From the NCBI GenBank assembly GCA_000830275.1, contig CP010424.1, positions 720,001 to 752,000 of the forward strand: a stretch of DNA of 32,000 nucleotides. The letters run 5' to 3'. Numbering within the stretch: position 1 is the first letter of the stretch; each line of letters opens with the position of its first letter. Made by a program: the position numbers and the translations under genes. The DNA comes from an archaeon GW2011_AR10. GTDB taxonomy: Archaea; Iainarchaeota; Iainarchaeia; Iainarchaeales; GW2011-AR10. Below, piece by piece: positions 30,914-32,000 of the stretch. Below the pieces are notes generated by a model. That model was not told where the DNA came from. It did no database searches and was given only the letters and a program-made list of their open reading frames with translations.

Positions 30914-32000
30914 TGAGCAGGAACGAATCTGTGAGAAGAGATAGAACAAAAGAAAAGCAGTTGACTGCAAGGGATTACTCAAAGTACAATTTCAGGAGCG
31001 AAACATCTGCTTACAAGGAGATTTTTGAGAAAGGAATAAATGAGGAAATAGTGAGGAAAATTTCAGCGAAGAAGAACGAGCCTGAGTGGATGCTTAAGCA
31101 GAGGCTGCTTGGATTAGAGGCATTCCAGCAAAGGCCTTTGCCGGAGTGGGGTGCTGACTTGCGCGGAATTGACTTTGATGATATCACTTATTACATGAAG
31201 CCAACCGAAAAAGCTGCTGAGTCATGGGATGATGTGCCAAAGTACATCAAAGACACGTTTGAAAGGATTGGAATCCCGGAAGCTGAAAGAAAGTATCTGG
31301 CGGGAGTTTCAACTCAGTACGAGAGCGAAGTGGTTTACCACAGTATCCGCGATGACCTTGAAAAGCAGGGAGTTGTTTTTCTCGGAATGGATGATGGCTT
31401 AAAAGAGCATCCGGAACTTGTGGAGAAACACTTTGGAACTGTTATCCCTTTCAACGACAACAAGTTTGCTGCATTGAACACTGCTGCTTGGAGCGGCGGC
31501 AGCTTCGTTTACGTGCCGAAAAATACTTCGGTCGATATTCCGCTTCAGGCTTATTTCAGGATTAACGCAGAGAGAATGGGGCAGTTTGAGAGAACACTTA
31601 TTATTGCTGACGAGGGAAGCAAGATACACTACGTGGAAGGCTGCACCGCGCCTCAATACAGCTCAAATTCTTTGCATGCAGCAGTGGTTGAGTTAATTGC
31701 TTTGCCGGAATCACACTTAACTTACACCACTATTCAGAACTGGTCCAACAACATCTATAATCTTGTAACCAAAAGAGCCGTTGCTTACAGGAATGCAGAA
31801 GTGCATTGGATTGACGGGAATTTAGGCAGCAAGGTGACTATGAAATATCCCTCAATTCATTTGAAAGGTGAGGGGGCAAAAGGAGAGGTGCTTAGCGTTG
31901 CAATGGCTGGAAAGGGCCAGCACCAAGATGCTGGAGCGAAAATCATTCACTTTGCGCCTAACACCACAAGCAAGATTACTAGCAAGAGCATCAGTAAGGA
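30913..32000 (+). CDS. sufB: Fe-S cluster assembly scaffold SufB, 3'-truncated by the window edge
   Basis: Its ATG overlaps the sufC TGA by 1 nt. The translation contains SufB-typical blocks: [55 protein letters not shown] and YNLVTKRA. The frame is open to position 32000. Confidence 0.93.
   Translation, partial: MSRNESVRRDRTKEKQLTARDYSKYNFRSETSAYKEIFEKGINEEIVRKISAKKNEPEWMLKQRLLGLEAFQQRPLPEWGADLRGIDFDDITYYMKPTEKAAESWDDVPKYIKDTFERIGIPEAERKYLAGVSTQYESEVVYHSIRDDLEKQGVVFLGMDDGLKEHPELVEKHFGTVIPFNDNKFAALNTAAWSGGSFVYVPKNTSVDIPLQAYFRINAERMGQFERTLIIADEGSKIHYVEGCTAPQYSSNSLHAAVVELIALPESHLTYTTIQNWSNNIYNLVTKRAVAYRNAEVHWIDGNLGSKVTMKYPSIHLKGEGAKGEVLSVAMAGKGQHQDAGAKIIHFAPNTTSKITSKSISK

Noticed and set aside
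1-32000. I looked for CRISPR arrays, rRNA genes, IS elements/transposases and intact integrases.
   Set aside because: No regularly spaced direct repeats with unique spacers were found. No rRNA-like conserved blocks were seen, and no DDE/HUH transposase or tyrosine/serine recombinase motifs appeared in any substantial ORF.

Overview
The window looks like archaeal chromosomal DNA. A/T-rich TATA-like boxes sit about 25-30 nt upstream of many start codons. Two tRNA genes carry bulge-helix-bulge introns at the canonical 37/38 position, and there is an HTH_10 (Bat-like) regulator. GC looks moderate by eye, with clearly A/T-richer patches.

Gene content, left to right:
- 0.9-7.9 kb: a co-directional cassette for cysteine-rich surface proteins. 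It encodes a lipoprotein with CxDxNxCTxDxC modules and an FN3-like domain, then a 1,496-aa secreted protein made of about 24 tandem six-Cys/Trp modules that I do not recognise. A translationally coupled single-pass membrane protein and a PAP2 phosphatase follow.
- 7.9-8.1 kb: tRNA-Tyr(GUA) with a 139-nt intron.
- 8.1-12.3 kb: an accessory stretch bounded by partial direct copies of the tRNA-Tyr 3' end. It holds an orphan PIN nuclease, a third Cys-rich secreted protein, an A/T-rich block with a candidate -1 frameshift into a zinc-ribbon ORF, and a class II Fic protein.
- 12.4-23.9 kb: housekeeping and membrane genes. These are TerC/DUF475, a CPA2 antiporter, an HTH_10 regulator divergent from four small membrane proteins, tRNA-Asp(GUC) with a 63-nt intron, a SemiSWEET-like protein, an M32 carboxypeptidase, an FTR1 iron permease and a DipZ-C-like thioredoxin.
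- 24.3-28.7 kb: a lipA-E1alpha-E1beta-E2 2-oxoacid dehydrogenase operon with no E3 gene.
- 28.7-32.0 kb: a P-loop kinase-dCMP deaminase fusion, then ArsR-sufC-sufB (sufB runs off the right edge).

I saw no rRNA, CRISPR array, transposase or intact integrase.

The most unusual items are the giant cysteine-repeat cassette, the tRNA-Tyr-linked islets and the kinase-deaminase fusion. All functional calls come from motifs read by eye; no database search was run.
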